Below are positions 1 through 13,211 of a stretch of 64,000 nt of DNA, in pieces. Source of the stretch: Podarcis filfolensis (Eukaryota); assembly GCA_964270895.1 (NCBI GenBank), contig OZ185442.1. One strand, given 5' to 3'. The notes under the pieces were generated by a model. The model made no database searches. It saw nothing but the letters and a program-made list of their open reading frames with translations, and was not told the DNA's origin. The stretch's first letter is position 1. Each line of letters opens with the position of its first letter. The position numbers and the translations under genes are program-made.

Positions 1-921
1 CATTTGCAAAGTTAAAGGTGAGAGAACCAGGATGCTGAATTTTTGTGCCTGATTTCAGATTCACTTTGCAAAGTATACAAAGCTTGGACTAAAACAAAGA
101 CAAAAAACCCCACAAACACTGCCTGGCTGAGAGACACACCTTTTTCCCCTCAAGTCTCTATGGTTTTATAAGTCACCATATTTGCAAAAGAAGATGGGCT
201 GGGGAGCCTTGGGGAACATAAGCACCATCCAATGAGATCCTGGATGATCTACACTTTGAGAAGGAATACACCGGTGCTTCAGCAATAACAAAAAGCTAAA
301 TAATTTTTTGTGAGTGGGTACTTTTAATTGAGAACAAAATATGACTGACAAGGGATACCACAGATGAAGGGATTGGGAACATGTGGCCCTCCCAAAGTGG
401 TTGCACTACAACTCCCATCAGCCCCAGCCAGCATGGCCAATGATCACGGGTGATTGGAACTGGAGTCTCCCTGCATCTGGCAGACCACAGATTCCCCACC
501 CAGCTGTGAGAGAGGATAATGAAGTGTTGCATGGCATAGCAAAATAACTCTCTCTCCCTCCCTCTGTCATAATAGGAGAACTGAGAGACATCCAACGAAA
601 CCAATTGCAAAAATATTCAGGGCAGACCGATAGGATTTATTTACACCACAACATAATACTTATGGGATTACCTGCCCACAGCACATGTTAGGTAGGGCTG
701 AGGGACCTGCAGCCAAAGCAGAGATTCCTGATGACCTCAATGATCCCCAAACTGGGAGTGCAGAAACTGTTGACACCCACTACTATAGGTGACCAACCAC
801 TCAACACCCAAGAGGCACCCAGAAAAAAAATAGGAAGAAAATAAAAGGCACTGTTTTGTTTAAGCCTTTGGGTCCTCGCCTCTTCCCCACCCTCCCCTCG
901 ATTCTTATTCCAGCTGCTTAC

Positions 922-1034
922 AGAGAATCCAGGAGTTGGCGGCCGAACGGATGCTGGGCCCAGGGGGTCTCCAAGTCTGGGTCGGAGTTTGGGCCAAGGC
1001 AGAGATCAGTTGCTACTGTGGCCAGTGACCAGAC
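922..1034 (-). CDS. WDR59: WDR59 exon 21 ([37 protein letters not shown])
   Basis: cag acceptor, gtaagc donor, 113 nt. Confidence 0.96.
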
Positions 1035-4000
1035 CTGGAAAAGAAGGAGCAGATGATGGGCACACACACACATAGATGCCCATGCTGTGCAGCTCACAAA
1101 GGAAGCAGTAACACTGTAGGGAAGAGGTTGAAGGTTGCCTGCTGAAATCCATAGCTCCATGTTGCATGGATGGTGTAATTCCACCTATGGAAGAGAGGGG
1201 GCCACTAGAACACGGATGGGGGAAAGAAGAAGACAAGTAGCTGAGCAACAAAGAAGAGAGTAAAAAGCTCAGGCTGGACCATTGGCCCACTCTCTGCTGC
1301 TCCCTAAGTCAAGATGCTTCCCAGACAATATTGCGAAGCGATGGGAGATGCCTCGCTGGGCTGGCAAAAGTACCTGCAAGAGATCCTTGCGTCCCACAGT
1401 CAGGGCAGAGGCAGCGTTCTTCTGACAGGTCTCCTGGATGTCAGTCACGTTCAGTCTGAAGGACAAGAATAGCAGGAGATGCACAAGTGGGGGAGACATC
1501 ACTCTCAAAGGCTTGGTCTAATTCTCCATATTTCATGTAAAGCAGGAGTGGGGAACCCTTTTCAGTCAGAGAATTGCATTCCCTCACAGGCAGTCTTACT
1601 GGAATTGAAGGCTGGTGGTGGGTAAGGCCAGAGACAAAGATGGGCAGAGCAATGGGTGGAGCTTTTACCTGTGTGCTGTAGTCAATATTCCAGCCATGCA
1701 AAAGACAGAGGCTTCTGAAGCCCACCACCCAACAAGCAAGAGGCATTTTAACAATTCAAAGACAGGTTCCAACCAGACACAAACACTGGAGGCCAGCTCT
1801 GCAGCTTCCCTTCCTCTTCTGTTGAGACCATTGGGGTGGGGGGATGACTGTTGGCAGACAACTTGGGCAGTGGCTAGTTACTGAATCTCCCTTGTTTTCT
1901 GCCCAGGACAGGTGGAGACACAGCACTCAAGGCACCTCAGCCCTCTGTTGCCATTTCCTAGCTTGGAAACACAGCAGGGTGCAAAGCAGTCACTAGGCTC
2001 CAAGATCTCTCTGCAGAGTGACAGAGAAAGAAAAGCCAGAAGCGGCATACAAGGCTGCCTCTCCCCTCCCCACCCCACCCCGAGCTATACAGTAGTATAG
2101 CTAAAAAGCTGGAAGGAGTGAACTCCAGTTCACTGTCTCCAGAACACAGCATTCCTTGAATGAAAGACTGAGCTCTGGAAGTGGGTTCAGGGTTCCTGCT
2201 TTCCCCCTTCCAGGAAGAGAAGGCCCAACAGCCTGAATCACAGCCAGGAGTTCTTTAAGGCTAAAAGAGAGAATGTGGATTTGCCTGGTCAGCTGGGGGC
2301 AACCTAGCTCACCACAGACAACCAGGCAAGCGGCTATTTGCATGCCCGCAAAATGCGCGGGGGGGGGGGTTAGGGGTGGAGGAAGGGATTCAGGATTGTA
2401 GGCGGCCCAGGGACAGACTTTCTGCCCTGATAGGGTGAAGGTCTGCAACAGAAAGTGCAGAATAGGATCACAGGCTGAGTTCTTAGCCTGTCCCCCAGAA
2501 CAGTACCCAAGACTGAGTTGCCACACAGAGTTTCTTGCACATGTGGCCCAGGTACTCACATGTACATCTCCCCTAGTAATTTGTGGACAGGAAGCAGGCA
2601 AGAGACATCCTGAATGATCACTTTCCCGGCAGCTTTGATGGGCCGGTTGGCAGCATCTGTCCCCTCTCGCTTGCTGCTCTTCCATCTCCTGGATTTCTGC
2701 AGTAGACAGAGCAGCATTTTAAAAGCAGTGATGAGGGAGAAAGACTGCAGACTGAGGGCAGGCAGGGAAGCTTTGGAAGGAGAATATTCAGCCCATGGCC
2801 CTGGAAGCTCTGCTTTAGGACCAACCAAGCAAACAGGAGCAGCTAATACACAGGGAGACTCGATAAAAGGCAGTCAAGACAGCAGCAAGAACAGAAGGAA
2901 GGAAGGTCTGTCGAGTTCAGTGGGTAAAGCCTAGAGAAGAGGCAGCTAAAGCAGGAAGCTGCCTTATGGAGAGTCAGGCTCTTCTTTGATCTGGCTAATG
3001 TGACCGGGCAGAAGCTCTCCTGGGTTTCAGACAGAGAACTCCTCCAGCCCTACCAGGAGATGCTAGGGATTGAATCTGGGACCTTTTGCAGGCAAAGCAG
3101 ATGCTCTACCACAGAAGCTAATCCTTGTATAACCTTGGTGGAAAAGGCATAGTCCCAGCCACCAACCTGACTGTAGAAGGTATGTTCCATGTGGCATATG
3201 GAGAGTGAAAGTAAGAAAGATTTGGAAAAAGGAGACCTTCCTAGAATCCAAGTGGTTGTGACCACATGAGCAGGCAGGGTGTGCTAGTGCATGGCCAGCC
3301 TGGCACGAAAGCAGCCTCTGCCAATCTGGTGCCCTTCAGAAATACAGCTCCCAACACAGCTATGCTTCATGAGAGCTGGAGGGAATGAGCCTGGCAGAGG
3401 CCACATAGCAGGAAACTCTGTACCAGGAGGACAGGCAACGTTCACTTTCAAAACAAGAGCATGGGCTGCTTACAGCCACGAAGACTGTCTCAAGTCCATG
3501 GTTTCACTCATTCCTTTGCCCACGTTTTCCCATTTAGTTCTTAGATTTGCTTCTAGCTGCCTACTGGGTGAAGGGGAAGGAAGACACATGCAGAGTCGGG
3601 AAAGATGGAAGCCATGAGGTGCCAACAGCCATGCAGGTCATTGGGCTTTCACTGCATCCACAAGAGCTGGAGGCTTCTCTGGGTCTCCGAGTCTCATGTA
3701 CACCAGTTTATATGTGTCAATGATGCTAAAGCAGCTGGTAACTAATCTGCAAGATGTTATCAATAAATGCCTTATAGGGGTATGCATGGATCCCATTCCC
3801 AATCCAAGTTCATTCTCAGAGGGACTTTGGCTGAAAAGGTCCAGGCAACACTGATCAAGCTGTGCTTACTGCATGTGATCAAGCCATTAATGTCCAAGGT
3901 GGTGACTTGGTGCATCTCTCACAGAATAAAACGACACATGACCTCTACCTAATAGAGGGAATTCCTGCCTCCCACCCCTCCTCCCGTGCAAGTCCCTGTT

Positions 4001-7000
4001 GCAGATGCAATAATACATGCAAATACACAAAAGCGCAATTCCCTTGAAGTTCCCCTATTTGCACGAATCATTAACATCCAAAGCTGTTTGTCGGAGCAAA
4101 ACAGAATTTATAGGGGGGAAAATGTGTAGGGAGGGAGGTGGGTGGGTGCACAGAGGAATGCACAAAGCCAGTTATGGTTCATGCACCTCTTGCCAGCTAT
4201 TTAAAAAGCTGTGAGTTAGAAGAACATCTGGGATTTGAAGCCTGAAGGAGAGACCACAACCCTGAGAAAGTGAACCCTGAGAAAGTGAACACTCAAGAGA
4301 CAAACTCTGCACTGGCACAGCGACACATCTGCAGAGGAAGCTTCCCAGCCTGAGCGGCCAGAGGCCCAGGGGGCTCTATGATCTCAGAGGGGGGAAGTCA
4401 AGCAAAGTCATACTGGTGCCTCGTGGGGGGCACGAGTTCTTTCTCATACAGACCATACAGCCTGCAATTCCACACACTCACTTTGGAGACAAAAATCGAG
4501 GATTAGTACAAACTGGGAATGAGAGACTTGGAGATCATGCTGAACAGGGAGTCCCCCAGGCCACCTGTGTGTACTCTATACTAAAGAGAGAAAGAAAAGC
4601 AGGGTTCTGCAACTTATTCCAAACTAGGCAAATTTCACACATAAAGACTGGTTGTTTTCAGTCATTTTATTCTGAAGTCTGCCTGTCCCCTTCTCTTGCA
4701 CTTGGGTGTCAGAGATTCCACAGGGCACGGTTTCAAATATGTCTCCACAGACATAAGGGAGAGGAAAAATGTATGCTTAATATGAGGGTCAAACTAGATG
4801 TGACTTTCAGAACTTTCTTGAACTACATGCTAATGACTAACCACATCAGCTGCAAGTGTCCTGGTCTGGCTTAGCTGTTACTGGTGATGTAACACTGGTA
4901 CCCCATCCCCACAGAGCACCCTGTTTTCAACATTGCTTGGAGGCTACTGTGCTGTAACCAGCTGCCCTGAGACACAAGGACAGGCTGCTTACACCTCCAA
5001 TTTCATTATGAACTGCAATGCAATCAAATGAAATCCAGATCAGCATTTGCCAAGCCCTCCAGGTGTTTTCGACTGCAACTCCCTTCAGCCCTGAGCAACA
5101 TACTGATGGGAGTTGCAGTTCAAAACACCTGGAGGGCACTGGCTTGGCCAGATACACACTCAGTGACTTGATAGAGCAAGAGAGCCACAGAGGGAATGAA
5201 AAGGCCAAGCAACCTCCTCAACTTCTAAGCATCAGGAAGAGGGATGTCATGGGATGGGAATGGAAGCGGCAACTGCACTCAATGAGCTCACAACGAGCTG
5301 ATGGTCTGCACCAGCACACGGGAAGGGAGAGAGGAGCCATGGCAACTGGTTGTGGATATATAGACATGAAGCAAGCCCAAGAATAAGCCACCAACCACTT
5401 TGTAGCAACCGCTGGGATATCTGCACAATCAGCAGGGTGTGGGGCTATGAAATCCTTCCACCCTCTGGTGACTCGTGTACACTTCCCTTTAGCAGCACAT
5501 TAGATGGATGAAGCCTCAGCTGATACGTCAAGGGGTCAAGAATTCAAAAGCAACTTTTCACTAAGAATCTGCACTGCACCCATATTATGTCAAATAATGT
5601 TAGCTCACCCCTAAATCAAACTGGTCTGCGAAGGGAGGGCAGAGTCAGTTAAAGAGACTGAGGTCCCACAATACTCTGCTTTCTCCGTGCCAGTATCCAA
5701 AGCAAAGCCCTGATCACCTACAGTCAGCAAACAAGAGACACAAGACACAGCAATCAATCAGGATGGCTGGTTGGTTATCGCATTCTGGCTACTTGGAATA
5801 CAGATATCATTTGCCCTGATCTGCTGCTTAGAAGTTGTGTGTGCGCACGCATGCACACATTTTTTGTTTTGTTTTGTTTTCTTCTCCCTCAACACAATGC
5901 AATGGAGCTTTATGACTCAACCATTGCCATGCAAATAACTTAGCAGCATCACCGATTAGTAATTCTCATCACTTCTTAAAAATAAGGTGCACAAATTGCC
6001 ACCTGGCACAACATTTTGCTCCATGGCAGAGCTGGAACTTGGAGCTACTTATTCAGGTCTGCAGGCTTAGGCCTAAGTCCACACATTCAGCAAGAATTAA
6101 GTGGTGAAGTAGACTATACTACATCAGGTATGTCAGGCTGCATCTCAAGTTTCAGACACATAGGTCAGAGCCAGGGAATCTATGGACCTATGTTGCTGAA
6201 CTACAATTTCCACCATTCCCAGCCACTGACCATGCTGGCTGGAGCTGATGGGAACTGGAGTGCAACAACATCTAGAGGGCCAAAGGTTCCCCATCACTGG
6301 TGCAGATGAAGATATAGACCTCAAAGAGGCACTACTATCACTTGAATCACGCTAACCTTGTACTATGAATGTGCTCTGGATGCATGCAATGTGTGTTTGG
6401 GGAAGGGGGTGGGATACCACACTGCTTCCCTTAATGCCCCCCACCCCGGGGCTGATATGAAACGGTAGCCCCCACAGGTGCTTATCTCTACCACTATCAG
6501 CCAGAGCACAAGACAGTCTCAGTTGAATGGCCCTGGGCAAGAAAAGACTCTCCTCCTGCCAGCTCTCTGCTACCACCACCAAAGCCCATTGCCTGATGTG
6601 GAAGGAGAGACTGGTAGGGGGATCCATTCCTTTTTAAAAAATATAATTTTATTAAGACTTTTCAGCATACAAGAAAAACAGAAACAAAACAAAGAAAGAA
6701 GCAAGCTGACAGAGAGATAAGAATAATAGCAGAGTGTACGTGTGTGTGTAAGTGTGACTTCAAACTATCCATCTTTCAGTTGTGTCAACAAAAATTCCTC
6801 ATAATAATCCAGTGTTCAATCCAGAGTAATGTCCAGTTATTCCTCCCTCTGCTAGCTGATGTTTTCCTGATATTAAATCCAGGCACCGCAGGTTCATTCC
6901 TTTTCCTTCCCATCCAATAATTCCAAAAGTTTGTCCAGTTATTATAAGTAAGCCTTAATCTTCCTCTAGTCCAATCTCACAACTTTACCTCCAGACTTTA

Positions 7001-10000
7001 AAAAGACATTGTCCTTATTCTTTATATAATAAGACAATATTCATAATTTATTAAAAAATATGTCCCTCAATGTCTTTGCTGCCCAGGCCTGCCAACTCTA
7101 TGGGGCTGAGGCCTCTACAGCTCCCCACCTCAATGTCTGCTGGAATGGGACTCAGCCCCCTCCCCACAGGAGGCCTGGTGGGATGTCAGCCCCCCCAATG
7201 TTGGTTGCAACTTAGCTGCTGCCACCTTGCTTAGAGTACTGGTAAGGATGGCACTAGCAGCATAGCCTTGGGAAGGCGAAATACTTGCTTTGACTTGATG
7301 GGCCTACTGGCAAGTCTAACTGCTGACTCAGCCTTATGCTACACTTGTGAGTATTATCAGGGCTTGCTAACAAATTATGTAGACATTAATTCACAGCCCC
7401 TAAAGATGTATCCATATCTTCCAATTCCATTTCCTGTGGCCATGGGCTTCCATCTTTGTTGTTCAGAAAAAAATGATTTCCCGCTTCCTGTATTTCCATC
7501 CTTTCTTCAAAAGTATTGCAGGAGACATTGTCAACTTTTCCCCCTCAGATGATTTCAAATTGTACACAGAGTCCTCCTTCCATGAATTCCATCTCCTTCT
7601 TCAGCATCATAGCTCCAGCATTACATTGTTCCACTCCTTCCAGCACTGATACTACTGCAAGAGGCTTAGTGGCTTTTTTCCCCAAAGGAGAACTCATTCC
7701 TCATACATGATGGCAATGGTGGCTTGGATGAAGGACTTCATAGAGAGGTGGGGTGGGGGTTCTGGAAAGAACAGCCTCTCCTCAGACTTACTTACCCCAC
7801 AGCTCTTCACCCCAACCACTGTTGCACAGGGGGAAAGCATATTTCAGGCTCAGGCAAGCTGAATGAAATGCTCTGTAGAAATTATGTAAATTAGGGAAGC
7901 TCACCTATTTTGTAGAGTTTGCTCTCCCAAGGAGGGGCAGGGATCTAGAGGGCACCCAAGCCCCATCCTCAGAGGACCAAAGATCTGAACAGCCACATGG
8001 ATTGCAATCCACATGGATTGCACCACATGGATTGCACCAGGAATTTCCAATAAATCTTTCACAAAATTATTATCATAGAAATGAAGAGCGAGCATAACAA
8101 CTGGCATTCCTATTAATGCTGTTGGTGGTTCAAAGGGCTTCACGTATGCAAGCATATGATAATTCTTGCAACCACGCCGAAAGGTAGGTCAGTATTGTTA
8201 TTATCCTTGTCTTGCAGATGTGGAGCAGAGACCAGGAGGCCGGCCACACACTTGCCTAAGGCTTTCCTAGTGAGTTCATGGCACAAACAAGATCTGAAAC
8301 AGAGGATTGCTTGGCCTCTTAAACACCCTTAACAGCTCTGGACTTGCCAGGGCCAACATTCTTAAGAAGCTTGTTTCTACAGCCTAGACCACACACTGCA
8401 TGGAAAAAAGGAAGCTCCCCACCCAACATCCCTGTCAGAGAGCTACTCCAATCCAATGCAGGAATCACAACTAAAGAATCCCTGAGAGATGGCCATCCAT
8501 CTGTTTAAAAACTTCCAATGGAGGACAGTTCATGACCTTCTGAGGTAATCCATTCCACTGTCAAACAGCTCTTACTCACAGAAAGTTCTTCTTTATGTTG
8601 AGACAGAATCTACTTCCTTGAAATTTGAATCCACTGGTTCAGGTCCTCCCCTCTGAAGCAGCAGAAAACAAGCTCACTCCATTCTCCACGTGACAACCCT
8701 TCAGATATTTGAAGATGGCTATAATATCACCTCTCAATTTTCTCTTCAACAGGCTAAATATCCATAACTCCCTCAACCACTACTCATAAGGCCTGGTTTC
8801 CAGGCCCTTTATCGACTTGCTCGTCCTCCTCTACACAAACTCCAGCTTGTCAATATCCTTCTTAAACTGTGGTGCCCAGAATTGGTTACGGGACTCCAGG
8901 TGGGGTCTGACCAAGGCAGAGTATTATCTTGCTCCAATTAGCACCAAGCATTAAGATATATAATCATCCTGGTTGTCCTAGAAAACACAACCGACTCTGG
9001 AGTACCACCTCACATAAGCACAGGATGCCTTCCCTCCCACTGCCCTGATTCCTACACCCACCCAAGTCAGTTGTCCTCTCCAGCTACAGTCTGGGTTACG
9101 CAAAGCCAGGCAGGTGGCAAGTTATTCTTGGGCCCATGGGGAGCGGACAGTTAGTCAAGGGCAGCAGTAACACAGCAAACAGTACCGGGAAGTCGTTAAT
9201 CGCTTGTATGGACCAACGCCGTCTGGCAGAGCAAGGCGACATCTGTGCATGAGAATGTTACGCCCAGGAGGGGAAGGAGGGAAGAAGGTGAGCCGTTGAG
9301 AGAAGGAGAAGAGGAAGAAAAGAACACAGAGCTGAGAAACTCATGAGCCAAGGGGCCTCATGCTGCACCAAGTGCAGAGGCCAGCTGTGGACCAGTCAGA
9401 GATGTGCCATTCCAGGGCAGCCAAGGGCCTTCTTATTCTGATTCAGCACAGGAAAGATGGAAAGGTCTGCCCTCTAGAGGAGTGACACAGTACTATCTAC
9501 TCTGAGAGCCAGCACCTCTCCCAAGTTGCAGACAAAAGACTGCAATCTGCCATTGCAGGGGCTGAACCTGTGGCCCTCTACTTACAAAACATACTCATGA
9601 CCACTTCCCACAAAAAACACAACAGAAGCAAGTTTCCCCAAGATGTCATACGAATCCTCGCTGGTCCTCATATCAATCCTCTATTCCAGGGATAGGGAAA
9701 CCTATGGCACTCCAGATGTTACTGGACTCCCAACTCTCCCATCAGTCCAAGCCAGCATGGCTAATGGTCAAGGGAGATGGGAGCAGAAGTCCAACCACAG
9801 CTGGAGGGGCACAGGTTCCCCACCCCAGTTCTTCCTTCACCGCAGAAAGGGAAGTGTCTCACGCAACTAGCGCTGCTGACAGTGACACTGAGGTCAGAGG
9901 CCTTGAGTCCTCTGAGACACAGAGCAGTCAAATACACAGGCAGGAAGTTCCTGCTGGCTGCACCCCTCAGGTGGTTGTTTCCCTTTCCTTATCTGTTTTC

Positions 10001-13000
10001 CCCTGTGGCTAATTTAACCCACACAAATTCCTAGGAAATAATTAGCTGCTAAGAAAGGGAGCTCAGATGACCCCCATCAGTGCGCAGCAAATGCTCAGCA
10101 TCTAGATGTGAAGAGCCCTCAGCCTGTGCCAATCCCTTCACCTATCCAGGCTATCCATGGATAGCTTCTGGGGTGCTGGCATTTCACACACTGCTTCCCT
10201 ACAATATGCTTCCCATGATTCAAATTAAATACTCAATTACTGACCCAAGAGCACAGGAATTTGCCACGGGAAAAGCCCTGTGCAACTCTGTTTTATTTCA
10301 TCACTTTAAAACCACCCTGTCAGTTGGGCCTCCCAGTCCCTGTGCATTTCAATCCCCGAAAGGCCCCAAAATAGGCAGGACTAGATACAGCTTCAAGAGC
10401 AAAAGACTCCTTCCAAAATGAGACCCCTGAAAACTCAGCCTTCAGGGAACCTGGCTGGCTCAAAGTGGCACATGCCACGCTGGGGAGAGGGTCTCTATCT
10501 GCTGCATCAGGTTTTGCGAAGCTGCTAACTGCTGATAGCGCTGGGAAAGTTGAGCCTAGTGTGACCAGCTCAAAGAGCCCCAAGCCCCGATTCTAAGTGC
10601 ATCAGCTCAGTTAAGTGTTTTTTTAGCTCACTCTCAAGATCATCATTTTAGGCCACCGTACAGCATATGATGGCGTGGGGAACTCCGCTCTGCCAAGAAG
10701 GTAGTCACAGCTGTGTCCTATGGGGTTTCATTAAATAAGGGCCATTCAAGCTGTTCCAAAGTGGACAGGAACTAGATGTGGTAAGTCTGCCCTGGGACAC
10801 CTAACCAATATCTCTGGGAAGTGGAGGTGCTTAGCATGAGCCAGTCAACAAGCCCAGCTCTCAAGTAAGTGGGGAGCAGGAGGCAATGTCGTAGCCTTTG
10901 CAACCCAGGGGGTTGGCAGATTTCCATGCTCCCTGATGGACCCCAGTGTGACCCAAGTGTAAAAAGCCTGCCCTCTTGTGCCACACAGTCAGTTGCTTGC
11001 ACACAGAAATCCACAGAGCTGTCAGGCACCCCTATAGAATTCTTGCAAGGTCCACCCAAGGACCACTCAGATGCATAAAAAACCTAGCAGCTGGACAAGT
11101 CCCTAATTGCAGATAGCTGGCCTTTTCCAGTAAGTGAAGGCATAATGCTAAAAAAGGAAGAATCAAGAGCATCCCAAAGAGAGCCAGCAGAACAGCTCAT
11201 CCAAGGTGTCTCCTTGGGCTTCTGTTACAGGACAGGCAAATCCTGCCCTCCACCCAGCAAGAGTGCTGTTGAGGGCAGTGATCTCCAACAAGCATAAATA
11301 GCTGGAAATGAGGCAGCAAGGAAGCTCCACAGACCATACACTTACCCTCTCCTTATAGTAGAAGGAACTGATGGAGACCTGCTCCTTCTCGTTGCGTGTA
11401 GGGCTCCCACCGTACAAGCGCAGGTTGCCAGGGGTCTCTGTACGGATCTTCATGGGAGTGATGAGGCCACTATGGTAGGCTGAGAGGGCTGACAGGGATC
11501 TGAACACAAGATACACATTCCTGTAAGCTAACAGTCAGTCCCATGCAGCATCACAGAAAGCAGGGATTGAGGCAAAGGGCACAGCAGAAGCATAGGAAAC
11601 TGTCATGAACTGAGTCAGGCTGCTGGTCTATCCCAGAGTTCACCAAAGGTTTATGGCACGTGGGCACATTTGCAAACCTGAGAAACTATTATGGGAGCAT
11701 CACACACACCACAACCTATTCTATACCATAGGATGTTTCTTTCAAGACTAAATTCTCAGCAGTGGAGGGGACCCTATGGACACCTGGGAAGGCCTCCAAG
11801 GGTGTATGTGTACCTGTGGGCACTATGTTGGTGACCCCTGTTCTATCTAGCACACTACAGTCTACTCTGGGCGATAATGATTTCCTAAAGTCTCAGGCAC
11901 AAATTCTTCCTGGCCCTGGTACCCGAGAGCCCAAGGGATGAACCTGGGACCTTCTATAGGCAAAGCACATGTGTTTCTACTGAGTCATGGGTCATTCCAA
12001 TAGCCAAAACTGAAACTCCGCCTCCCTCATTCAGAGAAGAGGAAGAGGAGCCTGGGCATTGCCATGAGCACACCTCTTGCTGCTGAGATGGCTTCCACAA
12101 CAGTCATTTCCTGCAGCTACCCACGTACTTACCGGGGGGTTGGTTCTGTAGGGGAGACTGCACGGTGCATCGTCATGGGTCGCGTGAAGTACACCAAGTA
12201 CCCTGTGAAGATGAGAGATCCGGCACTGAAGAACACAGCTTCCAAAGTAAAAGTTGGTACCACTTCTATAGTTAGAAAGGATGGTTATTTAAGTGTCTTC
12301 CCACAGGAAGGCAGCTTTAATCAGGGCTGTGTCTATTCTGCAGTTCTGGCCAAGCACACAATGCAGTACTGCAAAGCCTGGGGTCAAGGCTAGATAGAAT
12401 CTCACAAGGCCAGCCAAGCTCTCCAATGGCCAGGGGCTTTGACCCCTTGCTGTACTTTTCCTTTCCCCCATATCTTGCAGACAGAATTAATCACACAGTT
12501 CAAGTAAAGGCATATCTGTCCAACCTGCAACTTCTATACTAGATGTCAAACGCATGGCTCATATTTAGCCTAGGGACACATAGCAAGCCAAGCATTATCA
12601 TGCTCCCACAACTGCCCAGAAATCAAAGGTGGGGGTTGGGGGAGGTTGCGCTCTAGTCTAGAATGCTGTCAAGAATTCCTGTCCACATGCAAAGATTCCA
12701 CAGCTGACAAATGGGTGGGGAATTTGCTCCCTGAGCACAGAAGTCTGAATACCATTGCTCTAATTTGGGCTTTGTTCAGGGTTAGTTTCTTAAGCTGCTA
12801 CCACTTTGCTAAAGATTAGGCAGTTCTACCCATTTTCTGCTTATCTTTACAAGAAAGAACTGTTTTATAAGAATGCAGGTTTTATTCAGCAAATCTGAGG
12901 GGCAAATTTGTTAAGGGCTTAAAATTGGTGTTCAGTAGGATGCAACTCCTTTGGCCAGTGTAGCACCCAAGCCTTCCCTACTCCCTGACAAAATCATAAA

Positions 13001-13139
13001 TCTTATTCTGTCTGAAACAGGTTTTCTTTTTTTAAAAAATACATAGAAATTTGCTCCCTTGCTATATACATAGATTAGTAAATAAACTGGAGGAAAGGGA
13101 ACCTAATCCTGGAACTGGAAACCTAGAATATGCACTCAA

Positions 13140-13211
<72 letters not shown>

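Noticed and set aside
1-921. WDR59 exon 22 (LAHY...QTLAMLC)
   Set aside because: No matching reading frame with splice sites found; it presumably lies beyond the left edge
2357-2390. G-rich run with GGGTTAGGG, a possible G4 or telomeric seed
   Set aside because: A single hexamer beside a poly-G run; several similar poly-G runs occur in the window with no pattern
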